This document shows positions 1-10,334 of a stretch of 40,356 nucleotides of DNA, piece by piece. How positions within the stretch are numbered: position 1 is the stretch's first letter; each line of letters begins with the position of its first letter. A model generated the notes under the pieces. The model did no database searches. It saw only the letters and a program-made list of their open reading frames with translations, and was not told the DNA's origin. The stretch is taken from assembly GCA_022844545.1 (NCBI GenBank), contig JALHLN010000002.1, positions 1 to 40,356 on the forward strand, given 5' to 3'. A program made the translations under genes and the position numbers. The DNA comes from Burkholderiales bacterium (GTDB lineage: Bacteria; Pseudomonadota; Gammaproteobacteria; Burkholderiales; SG8-39).

Positions 1-804
1 GGGATAGTAGGTGGCCCAGAGCGCGCCGTACTTCGGCGTCGCGCCCCGCAACTGGGCGCGGCAGGCCTCGTGCCATTTCCGGTAGACGGGCGTGCCGGGG
101 GAGTTGAAGCCGTTGCGGGACGGGACCACCTGCACCGAGGTGCGCTCGCCGTATTCCACGTGCGAGGCATCGACGTCGGTGAACCCGCCCAGCCCCGGGT
201 GGTAGAAGTTGACGTGGTAGACCTCGAGGTAGATCTCGACGAAGGTCTTCCAGTTGCAGGCGTAGTCGGTGACCTCCACCCGGTCCAGCCGGTAGCCGGA
301 GAAGTCCCAGTCGGAGGCACGGCTGAACGGGACCAGGTCCTGGCGCGGGTCACGCGGGCCGGCGAACAACAACCCCTGCCAGTTGACCAGTGGCGTCGAG
401 CGCAGCCTGACGCAGGGATTCTGCTCGAACTGCGGCGCGCCCAGCAGCTCGCCCTTCAGGTCGTAGGTCCAGCGGTGCAGCGGGCAGACGATGTTCTGCG
501 CGTTGCCGCGGCCCTCGAGCATGATCGCCTGGCGGTGGCGGCAGACGTTGGACAGCAGCTCGATGCCCGACTCCGCATCTTCCGAGCTGCGGACCAGCAT
601 CCGTGCGTGGTCCGTCCAGGCGAGGGTGTGGTAGTCGCCCGCGTTCGGCACCATCAATTCGTGCCCGATGTAGTCCGCGCCGGCGTCAAACAGCAGGCGC
701 TTCTCGCGCTCGAAGATCGCGGGATCGAAATACCACGCCATCGGCAGCTGGGAGCTGGCGGGCCGGATCCTGGAACCGGTCGGGACGTGGGACGCGTCGG
801 ACAT
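1..804 (-). CDS. Rieske [2Fe-2S] ring-hydroxylating oxygenase alpha-subunit-like protein (C-terminal end runs off the left window edge)
   Basis: Absent from the ORF track because it has no stop in the window. My translation of the minus strand from ATG (complement of 802-804) gives MSDASHVPTGSRIRPASSQLPMAWYFDPAIFEREKRLLF...NVCRHRQAIMLEGRGNAQNIVCPLHRWTYDLKGELLG. This contains a CxH-x16-CxxH Rieske cluster motif. The frame stays open for 268 codons to position 1. Confidence 0.8.
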   Translation of the reverse strand, partial: MSDASHVPTGSRIRPASSQLPMAWYFDPAIFEREKRLLFDAGADYIGHELMVPNAGDYHTLAWTDHARMLVRSSEDAESGIELLSNVCRHRQAIMLEGRGNAQNIVCPLHRWTYDLKGELLGAPQFEQNPCVRLRSTPLVNWQGLLFAGPRDPRQDLVPFSRASDWDFSGYRLDRVEVTDYACNWKTFVEIYLEVYHVNFYHPGLGGFTDVDASHVEYGERTSVQVVPSRNGFNSPGTPVYRKWHEACRAQLRGATPKYGALWATYYP

Positions 805-891
805 GGCGCTATGGTATCGGGAGGGCCGGGAAAAAGCCGCGAATTGTACAATACGGACTCCTTACCCCCGGTTCCGTTCCCGACGCCGTCC

Positions 892-1155
892 ATGAGCAAG
901 ACCGCCGACAAATCCACCGACAGATCCGCCGCCGCCCCGAGCTTCGAGAAGGCGCTCGCCGAGCTCGAGAAGATCGTCGCCCGCATGGAAGGCGGCAACC
1001 TCAGCCTCGAGGAGTCGTTGGCCGCCCACAAGCGCGGCCTGGAGCTGGCGAAGTTCTGCCAGGGCCGGCTGGAAGCCGCCCAGCAGCAGGTGCAGGTGCT
1101 CGAAGGCGAGGTCCTCAAGCCGCTCGCGGCGGCCGCGCAGGACGGCGAAGACTGA
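892..1155 (+). CDS. xseB: Exodeoxyribonuclease VII small subunit
   Basis: C-terminal 87 aa of track ORF 70..1155: MSKTADKS...FEKALAELEKIVARMEGGNLSLEESLAAHKRGLELAKFCQGRLEAAQQQVQVL, a typical XseB sequence. It sits in the classic xseB-ispA-dxs order. The upstream part of the track ORF is antisense to the Rieske gene. Confidence 0.9.
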   Translation: MSKTADKSTDRSAAAPSFEKALAELEKIVARMEGGNLSLEESLAAHKRGLELAKFCQGRLEAAQQQVQVLEGEVLKPLAAAAQDGED

Positions 1156-1156
1156 A

Positions 1157-2059
1157 GTGAAGGCGGCCGAGTCCGATTTCATGGCCTGGATGGGATCGGT
1201 CCAGGCGCGGATGGAGAACGCGCTCTCGCGCCTACTTCCGGCCGCCGGCCTGGCGCCCGCCCGCCTGCACGAGGCCATGCGTTATGCGACGCTGGAAGGC
1301 GGCAAGCGCGTGCGGCCGCTGCTCGCCTTTGCGGCTGGCGAACTGGTCGAGGCGCCCGCGCAGCGGCTGGAGGCCGCGGCCTCGGCCATCGAGCTCATCC
1401 ACGCCTACTCGCTGGTCCACGACGACATGCCCTGCATGGACGACGACGTGCTGCGCCGGGGCAAGCCCACGGTGCACGTCGAGTTCGACGAAGCCACCGC
1501 GCTGCTGGTGGGCGACGCGCTGCAGTCGCTCGCCTTCCAGGTCCTCTCGGAACACCGCCTTGCCGACGATCCGGCGGCGCAGCTGGAGATGGTGAAGACG
1601 CTCGCGGCGGCCTCCGGCTCGCGCGGCATGGCGGGCGGCCAGGCGGTGGACCTGGAATCCACCGGCAGGACGCTGGACCTGCCCGAGCTGGAGTTCATGC
1701 ACATCCGCAAGACCGGCGCCATCATCCGCGCCGCGGTGGTGCTGGGTGCCGGCTGCGGCAGGCCGCTGCCTGAGGACCGGCGCGCGGGCCTGGATCGCTA
1801 CGCCAAGTGCGTCGGACTCGCCTTCCAGGTGGTGGACGACGTGCTGGACGCGGAGGCGAGCACCGCCACGCTGGGCAAGACCGCAGGCAAGGATTCGAAG
1901 CACAACAAGCCGACCTACGTCTCGGCGATGGGCGTGGCGCGCGCCAAGGCGTTCGCCGAGGAGCTGCGCGCCGACGCGCACGCCTCGCTGGCGGCGTTCG
2001 GCGAGCGCGGCGCGCGCCTGCGCCAGCTGGCCGATTTCATCGTGCTGCGGAAATTCTAG
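1157..2059 (+). CDS. ispA: Farnesyl-diphosphate synthase ((2E,6E)-FPP synthase)
   Basis: 300 aa with a GTG start 1 nt after the xseB stop. First Asp-rich motif [17 protein letters not shown], second Asp-rich motif FQVVDDVLD, and KTAGKD. Length matches E. coli IspA. Confidence 0.93.
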   Translation: MKAAESDFMAWMGSVQARMENALSRLLPAAGLAPARLHEAMRYATLEGGKRVRPLLAFAAGELVEAPAQRLEAAASAIELIHAYSLVHDDMPCMDDDVLRRGKPTVHVEFDEATALLVGDALQSLAFQVLSEHRLADDPAAQLEMVKTLAAASGSRGMAGGQAVDLESTGRTLDLPELEFMHIRKTGAIIRAAVVLGAGCGRPLPEDRRAGLDRYAKCVGLAFQVVDDVLDAEASTATLGKTAGKDSKHNKPTYVSAMGVARAKAFAEELRADAHASLAAFGERGARLRQLADFIVLRKF

Positions 2060-2061
2060 CG

Positions 2062-3984
2062 ATGGCCACGATCACCGAAGCGCTGCCGGGCGACGATGCG
2101 GCGGGGAAGGCGAAGGCGGACGGCTACAATCCGTCCATGTACGAGCTGCTTAAGACCATCGACGATCCGGCCGACCTGCGCAAGCTCGATCGCAAGTCCC
2201 TGCACCAGCTCGCCGACGAGCTGCGCGCCTACGTGCTGGATTCGGTGTCCAAGACCGGCGGCCACCTGTCCTCGAACCTGGGCACGGTGGAGCTGACCAT
2301 CGCGCTGCACTACGTCTACGAGACGCCGGAGGACCGCATCGTCTGGGACGTCGGCCACCAGACCTACCCGCACAAGATCCTCACCGGCCGGCGCGAGCGC
2401 ATGGGCACGCTGCGCCAGCTCGGCGGCATCTCCGGTTTCCCGCGCCGCGTCGAGTCGCCCTACGACACCTTCGGCACCGCGCACTCCTCGACTTCCATCT
2501 CGGCCGCCCTGGGCATGGCGGTGGCGGCGAGGCGAAAGGGCGAGAAGCGCCACGCGGTCGCGGTGATCGGCGACGGCGCCATGTCCGCCGGCATGGCCTT
2601 CGAGGCGCTGAACAACGCCGGCGCCATGGACGTGAACCTGCTCGTGGTGCTGAACGACAACGAGATGTCCATCTCGCCGCCGGTCGGGGCGCTCACCAAT
2701 TACCTGGCGCGGCTGCTCTCCGGGCGCATGTACGCCACCGCCAAGCGGGCGAGCGAGCATGTCCTCAAGCGCGTGCCCGCGATGCTGGAGCTGGCGCGCC
2801 GCGCCGAGGAGCACGTCAAGGGCATGGTGACCCCCTCGACGCTGTTCGAGGAGTTCGGCTTCAACTACATCGGCCCGATCGACGGCCACGACCTCGAGAC
2901 GCTGGTGGCGACGCTGCAGAACATCAAGCAGTTGAAGGGGCCGCAGTTCCTGCACATCGTCACGCGCAAGGGGCAGGGCTACAAGCTGGCCGAGGAAGAT
3001 CCGATCGCGTACCACGGCCCGGGCAAGTTCGATCCGGCCGAGGGCATCCGCAAGGCGGCCGGCGGCGGCAAGCCTGCCTACAGCCAGGTGTTCGGCGACT
3101 GGCTGTGCGACATGGCGAAGCAGGACCCTCGCCTGATGGCCATCACCCCGGCGATGCGCGAGGGCTCGGGCATGGTGCGCTTCTCCGAGGAATACCCCGA
3201 GCGCTACTTCGACGCCGCCATCGCCGAGCAGCACGCGGTCACCTTCGCCGCGGGCATCGCCTGCGAAGGCCTGAAGCCGGTGGTGGCGATCTACTCCACC
3301 TTCCTGCAGCGCGGCTACGACCAGTTGATCCACGACGTCGCGATCCAGAACCTGCCGGTGCTGTTCGCGCTGGACCGGGGCGGGCTCGTGGGCGGCGACG
3401 GCCAGACGCACAACGGCACCTTCGACTACGCCTTCCTGCGCACGGTGCCCAACATGGTGCTGATGGCGCCCTCCGACGAGAACGAATGCCGGCAGATGCT
3501 CTACACCGGCTACCAGCTGGAGGGGCCCGCCGCGGTGCGCTATCCACGCGGCACCGGTCCCGGCGTCCCCCTGCAGGCGCAGATGAAGGCGCTGCCCATC
3601 GGCAAGGGCGAGATCCGGCGCCGGGGAAAGAAGGTCGCCATCCTCGCCTTCGGCTCGATGGTGAAGACGGCGCTGGATGCGGCCGAATCGCTCGATGCCA
3701 CGGTCGCCAACATGCGCTTCGTGAAGCCGCTGGACGCCGGGCTGGTCGGGGAACTGGCCGCGAGCCACGACCTGCTGGTCACGGTCGAGGAGCACCAGGT
3801 CATGGGCGGGGCGGGCAGCGCGGTGTGCGAGGCGCTCGCCGGGCTGGGGCTGGAGAAGAGGATGTTGCTCCTGGGCCTTCCTGATCGCTTCGTTGACCAC
3901 GGCGACCCGGCGAAGTTGCTGGCTTCGGTCGGGCTGGACGCCGCGGGCATCCTGAAATCGATCCGTGCGGCACAGGCAACGTAG
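2062..3984 (+). CDS. dxs: 1-deoxy-D-xylulose-5-phosphate synthase
   Basis: In-frame part of track ORF 1807..3984. Motifs: [54 protein letters not shown], and ThDP motif [21 protein letters not shown] 2062 lies 2 nt after the ispA stop. ATG 2137 (MYELL...) is an alternative start that matches the usual Dxs N-terminus. Confidence 0.93.
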   Translation: MATITEALPGDDAAGKAKADGYNPSMYELLKTIDDPADLRKLDRKSLHQLADELRAYVLDSVSKTGGHLSSNLGTVELTIALHYVYETPEDRIVWDVGHQTYPHKILTGRRERMGTLRQLGGISGFPRRVESPYDTFGTAHSSTSISAALGMAVAARRKGEKRHAVAVIGDGAMSAGMAFEALNNAGAMDVNLLVVLNDNEMSISPPVGALTNYLARLLSGRMYATAKRASEHVLKRVPAMLELARRAEEHVKGMVTPSTLFEEFGFNYIGPIDGHDLETLVATLQNIKQLKGPQFLHIVTRKGQGYKLAEEDPIAYHGPGKFDPAEGIRKAAGGGKPAYSQVFGDWLCDMAKQDPRLMAITPAMREGSGMVRFSEEYPERYFDAAIAEQHAVTFAAGIACEGLKPVVAIYSTFLQRGYDQLIHDVAIQNLPVLFALDRGGLVGGDGQTHNGTFDYAFLRTVPNMVLMAPSDENECRQMLYTGYQLEGPAAVRYPRGTGPGVPLQAQMKALPIGKGEIRRRGKKVAILAFGSMVKTALDAAESLDATVANMRFVKPLDAGLVGELAASHDLLVTVEEHQVMGGAGSAVCEALAGLGLEKRMLLLGLPDRFVDHGDPAKLLASVGLDAAGILKSIRAAQAT

Positions 3985-4016
3985 GACCCGTAATACCAGA
4001 GTAACCTTGTCGGGTA

Positions 4017-4022
4017 TATAAT
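4017..4022 (+). promoter_or_regulatory. Candidate -10 hexamer TATAAT exactly 6 nt upstream of the folE2 ATG (leaderless geometry)
   Basis: The 44-nt dxs-folE2 spacer (3985-4028) is AT-rich. TATAAT is at 4017-4022, followed by GCCGCC and then ATG at 4029. There is no Shine-Dalgarno sequence and no convincing -35. Confidence 0.35.
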
Positions 4023-4028
4023 GCCGCC

Positions 4029-4841
4029 ATGAAAGCCAAAGACCTCCAGAACGTCCAGAGCATCCCCGACGTCCAGGCCGACCGCGATTCGCGCAAGCTC
4101 GCCATCGACCAGGTCGGCATCAAGGCCATCCGCCACCCGGTGAAGGTGATGGAGCGCGCCGGCGGCGTGCAGCACACCGTGGCCAGCTTCAACATGTATG
4201 TCGGCCTGCCGCACCAGTTCAAGGGCACGCACATGTCGCGCTTCGTCGAGATCCTGTCGGCGCAGGAGCGCGAGCTCACGGTGGAGAGCTTCAAGGCGAT
4301 GCTCAAGGAAATGGTGAGGCGCCTGGAGGCCGAGGAAGGCCGCATCGAGATGGCCTTCCCGTACTTCATCGAGAAGGCGGCGCCGGTTTCGGGCGTCAAG
4401 AGCCTGATGGACTACGAGGTCACCTTCATCGGCGAGATCCTGAAGGGCGCGCAGACCTTCCGCATGAAGGTGCTGGTGCCGGTGACGAGCCTGTGCCCCT
4501 GCTCGAAGAAGATCTCGGCCTACGGCGCGCACAACCAGCGCTCGCACGTGACGGTGACCGCCAAGACCAGCGAGTTCGTCTGGATCGAGGAAATCGTCGA
4601 CCTGATCGAGAAGCAGGCCTCGAGCGAGCTCTACGGCCTGCTCAAGCGCCCCGACGAGAAGCACGTCACCGAGCGCGCCTACGACAACCCCAAGTTCGTC
4701 GAGGACATGGTGCGCGACGTCGCCGCGATCCTCAACCTGGACGACCGGGTGGAGGCCTACGTGGTCGAGTCGGAGAACTTCGAGTCGATCCACAACCACT
4801 CCGCCTACGCCTTGATTGAGCGCGACAAGGCGGCTGGCTAG
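4029..4841 (+). CDS. folE2: GTP cyclohydrolase FolE2 (GTP cyclohydrolase IB)
   Basis: 270 aa: [28 protein letters not shown]..., [23 protein letters not shown], and [12 protein letters not shown]. These are hallmark FolE2/COG1469 motifs. Confidence 0.9.
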   Translation: MKAKDLQNVQSIPDVQADRDSRKLAIDQVGIKAIRHPVKVMERAGGVQHTVASFNMYVGLPHQFKGTHMSRFVEILSAQERELTVESFKAMLKEMVRRLEAEEGRIEMAFPYFIEKAAPVSGVKSLMDYEVTFIGEILKGAQTFRMKVLVPVTSLCPCSKKISAYGAHNQRSHVTVTAKTSEFVWIEEIVDLIEKQASSELYGLLKRPDEKHVTERAYDNPKFVEDMVRDVAAILNLDDRVEAYVVESENFESIHNHSAYALIERDKAAG

Positions 4842-5544
4842 CCTGGCGCTGGCCGGGCTGCTCGTGGGCGGCGCCGAAGCGCAGGATTTCGGCGCCGAGC
4901 GCGCGCGGATGGTGGCGGAGATCGACGCCACCTACGCGGATACCCGGACCCTGACCGGCTTCGCCGCGATGTCGCCGCGTGTGCGCGCGGCGATGGCGAA
5001 GGTGGAGCGCCACCGGCTGGTGGGTTCCGGCCAGCAGGCGCTCGCCTACCGCAACCACCCGCTGCCCATCGGGCACGGGCAGACCATCTCGCAGCCCTAC
5101 ATCGTCGCCTTGAGCACGGACCTCATCGTGCCCGAGCCGCACATGGTTGTGCTCGAGGTGGGCACAGGTTCCGGCTATCAGGCGGCGGTGCTCGCGGAAG
5201 TGGTGAAGCAGGTGTACTCGATCGAGCTGCTCGCGCCGCTAGGGCGCGAGGCGGCCTCGCGGCTGAAGGAGATGGGCTACGCCAATATCGAGGTGCGCAT
5301 CGGCGACGGATACAAGGGGTGGCCGGAAAAAGGGCCGTTCGACGCCATCGTGGTCACTGCGGCGGCGCCGACCATTCCGCCGGCGTTGGTGGAGCAGCTG
5401 AAGCCGGGCGGGCGGATGGTTATTCCGGTGGGGGCGAGCGGGGATGTGCAGCGCCTGCTGGTGGTGACGAAGGCCGCGGACGGATCTGTCGGGCAGCGCG
5501 AGGTGCTGCCGGTGCGCTTCGTGCCGCTGGTGCCGGGGAAGTAG
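4816..5544 (+). CDS. pcm: Protein-L-isoaspartate O-methyltransferase, possibly with an N-terminal signal-peptide-like extension
   Basis: Motifs [40 protein letters not shown] and VRFVPLV. Track start 4816 is TTG and overlaps the folE2 end. ATG 4909 (MVAEID...) would give the canonical ~211-aa cytoplasmic length. Confidence 0.85.
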   Translation: MSATRRLASLALAGLLVGGAEAQDFGAERARMVAEIDATYADTRTLTGFAAMSPRVRAAMAKVERHRLVGSGQQALAYRNHPLPIGHGQTISQPYIVALSTDLIVPEPHMVVLEVGTGSGYQAAVLAEVVKQVYSIELLAPLGREAASRLKEMGYANIEVRIGDGYKGWPEKGPFDAIVVTAAAPTIPPALVEQLKPGGRMVIPVGASGDVQRLLVVTKAADGSVGQREVLPVRFVPLVPGK

Positions 5545-5562
5545 GGCTGCTGGGTGGTGTCG

Positions 5563-5582
5563 ATGTAACCGATCGGTTACAT
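5563..5582. repeat. Perfect 20-bp palindrome ATGTAACCGATCGGTTACAT between convergent pcm and the protease gene
   Basis: Read directly. ATGTAACCGA is the reverse complement of TCGGTTACAT. The palindrome is AT-rich relative to its surroundings and has no flanking U-tract. Confidence 0.9.
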
Positions 5583-5599
5583 TTGCCGGGCTGGCGGGC

Positions 5600-6244
5600 C
5601 TAGAACCGCCGCGTCAGCGTCATGGTCTGCCCCTCCCGGCGCATTTCCACGCGGTTGAGGAAGGTCATGCCCAGCAGCGACACCGGCAGCCCCTGCTCGA
5701 TCACCATCGCGTCCACCGCCTGCAGTTCGATGCCGCCCACGCGCACGGTGTCCAGGCGCACGACGTACATCGGGGTCGGCCCGGCGGCGGTCTGCGTCAC
5801 GCCGCGCCGCCCCTTCAGGTAGTCGATGCCGAGGCGCTTGGCCTCGGCGCCGGGCAGCGCGATGGCGGTGGCGCCGGTATCCACCAGGAAGCGCACCGCG
5901 CCGCCGTTGACCTGGCCCTCGGCGATGAAGTGGCCGCCGGGGCCCGCCGACAGCACCGCGGTCTGCTTGCCCGAGGGATCGGCGCGGGTGCTGTAGGTCT
6001 GCCCGCGCACCAGCACGCGGCGCTTGCCGTCCACCTCCACCGTGGCGCGGTCCTTGTCGACCGAAACCAGAGTGACGTTGCCGATCCGCTGCCCGACCCG
6101 GATGGTGCGCGGCTCGCCGCCGTCCACGGCGATGATCGCGGCCTTGTCGCCGAAGACGCCGGTGAGGGTGAGGTTCGTCGCGAAGGCCGCCGGCGCCGCG
6201 GCAAGCAGGATCCAGAGCCAAAGGACCCTAGAATGCGGCTTCAT
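5600..6244 (-). CDS. Retropepsin-like (clan AA, TIGR02281-type) aspartic protease with signal/anchor sequence
   Basis: GHFIAEGQVNGGAVRFLVDTGATAIALPGAEAKRLGI (DTGA active-site motif) and LLGMTFLNR. N-terminal [22 protein letters not shown]. The track ORF starts 15 nt further up at 6259 ([10 protein letters not shown]). Confidence 0.8.
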   Translation of the reverse strand: MKPHSRVLWLWILLAAAPAAFATNLTLTGVFGDKAAIIAVDGGEPRTIRVGQRIGNVTLVSVDKDRATVEVDGKRRVLVRGQTYSTRADPSGKQTAVLSAGPGGHFIAEGQVNGGAVRFLVDTGATAIALPGAEAKRLGIDYLKGRRGVTQTAAGPTPMYVVRLDTVRVGGIELQAVDAMVIEQGLPVSLLGMTFLNRVEMRREGQTMTLTRRF

Positions 6245-6939
6245 GAAACCCGTGGCCATCTTCAGGCATGCGCGCTCCGAGGGACCAGCCTACTTCGCCA
6301 CCGCGCTGGAGCGCAAGTCCATCGCCTTCACCCTGATCCCGCTCGACGAGGGTGCGAAAGTGCCCAGTGACGCCCGCGCCTTCTCGGGGGTCGCCTTCAT
6401 GGGCGGACCGATGAGCGTCCACGACGAGCTGCCGTGGATCGCACCGGCGCTGGAACTGGTGAGGAACGCGGTGCGGCAGGAAATCCCGGTGCTGGGCCAC
6501 TGCCTGGGCGGGCAGCTGATGTCCAAGGCCCTGGGCGGCGAGGTGACGCGCGCGAAGGTAAAGGAAATCGGCTGGGGCGAGGTGCAGGTGCAGGATAACG
6601 CGGTGGCGCGCGAATGGTTCGGGGATCTCGAGCGCTTCGAGAGCTTCCACTGGCATGGCGAGACCTTCAGCATCCCGCCCGGCTTCACTCGGGTGCTGGG
6701 CAACGCGCACTGCGCCAACCAGGCGTTCGCGCTCGGCAAGCACCTGGGCATGCAGTGCCACGTCGAGATGACCGAGGACCTGGTCCGCAGCTGGCTGAAA
6801 GGCGGCGCGGACGAGATCAGGAAGAGCGCGGCGAGCGCCGGTGTGCAAACCCCGTCCGAGATCGAGCGCCGCATCGCGCAGCGCGTCGAGGCGCTGCACA
6901 AGGTCGCGGACCGGATTTACGACCGCTGGATCAGTGGAC

Positions 6940-6956
<17 letters not shown>
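6243..6956 (+). CDS. Class I (type 1) glutamine amidotransferase domain protein
   Basis: In-frame part of track ORF 6024..6956: [25 protein letters not shown]..., nucleophile elbow [11 protein letters not shown], and MQCHVEM (His-x-Glu). The upstream part of the track ORF is antisense to the protease gene. Confidence 0.8.
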
Positions 6957-9539
<2,583 letters not shown>

Positions 9540-9562
9540 TCTTCCCGGCACGCGACACGCTC

Positions 9563-10150
9563 GTGGTTTCCTGCCTGGCGGCGGTCCTTGCTGCCTTGCC
9601 TGCGCGCGCGCAATGGCGTAGCGACATCATCGAGGCTCCGAGCTGGGAGCACTTCTCGGTCTGCTATGACAACGGCTGCGCCAGCCTCGCCGAGGTCAGC
9701 CTGGACGAGGCGGAGCGGGACGCGATCCGCGCCATCCTCCTGCCGGCCGCCGCCGACGCCGCGGCCGAGCGCGATCGCCTGCGCGCCGCGGTAGCTCAGA
9801 TGGAGCGGTTCGTGGGCGAGAAGACCGGGACCTCGCGCGACAGGGGCGGCACCTTCAATTTCGTCGGCGACCGCCAGATGGACTGCATCGACGAGTCCAC
9901 CAACACCTGGACCTACCTGACGATGTTCCGCCGCCACGGCCTGCTGCGCCACCATGAGGTTGGCGACCCGGCGACGCGCGGCTGGATTATCTTCGGCTGG
10001 CCGCACACCACGGCCGTTATCCGGGAGATCGCCTCCGGCGCGCGCTGGGCGGTGGATTCCTGGTTCCTCGATAACGGCGAGCCGCCGTTCATCCTGCCGC
10101 TGGAGGTCTGGCGCCGCGGCTGGCGGCCGGGGGATCCCGCGGCACCGTAG
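9563..10150 (+). CDS. Hypothetical secreted protein with a Cys...His...Asp arrangement (transglutaminase-like cysteine peptidase fold suspected)
   Basis: Tail of track ORF 8447..10150. Hydrophobic leader (L)VVSCLAAVLAALPARA-QW, then ...GDRQMDCIDESTNTWTYL...GWPHTTAVIRE...WAVDSWFLDNGEPPF. The start is uncertain: GTG 9563, or CTG 9536, which sits 11 nt after GGAG and overlaps the argG stop. Confidence 0.55.
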   Translation: MVSCLAAVLAALPARAQWRSDIIEAPSWEHFSVCYDNGCASLAEVSLDEAERDAIRAILLPAAADAAAERDRLRAAVAQMERFVGEKTGTSRDRGGTFNFVGDRQMDCIDESTNTWTYLTMFRRHGLLRHHEVGDPATRGWIIFGWPHTTAVIREIASGARWAVDSWFLDNGEPPFILPLEVWRRGWRPGDPAAP

Positions 10151-10290
10151 GCGCCGCCCTTCGTCGCCCCAGGCGCGACGCGGGGCGCGTGGCCAGGCGG
10201 CTTCTTGCGCCGCAGCAACGTGGATGCGTGCCGGCAGTCCCGGCCCCGCAGGCGAAGAGTCCCTGTTGCGCGCCGGGGGTTTTGATACCA

Positions 10291-10306
10291 TGGCCCGGCA
10301 CCTGCA
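10291..10306 (+). promoter_or_regulatory. Sigma54 (RpoN) -24/-12 promoter candidate TGGCCCGGCACCTGCA
   Basis: Matches TGGCAC-N5-TTGCA at the invariant GG and GC with exact spacing. It lies 29 nt upstream of the binding-protein ATG (10335), which has a strong RBS (GGAGGGGGAG). Confidence 0.5.
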
Positions 10307-10334
10307 ACCGAGTCCAACCTGGAGGGGGAGAACC

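Noticed and set aside
70-891. N-terminal 274 codons of track ORF 70..1155 (361 aa), upstream of the xseB-like part
   Set aside because: This stretch is the antisense shadow of the minus-strand Rieske oxygenase gene, which carries a clean CxH...CxxH motif. The composition is Arg/Ala/Gly/Val-rich with no motif. xseB is an ~85-aa protein and starts at ATG 892.
2056-3900. 614-aa minus-strand ORF
   Set aside because: It is fully antisense to dxs, whose frame carries textbook ThDP and Dxs motifs. The translation is Arg/Ala/Gly/Leu-rich low-complexity sequence, typical of open non-coding frames in GC-rich DNA.
3985-4028. Possible Zur box upstream of folE2
   Set aside because: I found only an imperfect inverted repeat (TAATACC-N15-GGTATAT). 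It does not resemble the Zur operators I remember, so I kept it only as a note within the leaderless-promoter finding.
3540-4931. 463-aa minus-strand ORF spanning the dxs end, folE2 and the pcm start
   Set aside because: It is antisense to three well-supported genes, crosses an AT-rich intergenic region, and has no recognisable motif.
9563-9580. Lipobox-like VVSC near the N-terminus of the secreted Cys-His-Asp protein
   Set aside because: With either candidate start, the Cys would lie only 4-13 residues from the N-terminus. That is too short for a lipoprotein signal peptide. A type I signal peptide ending ARA-QW fits better.
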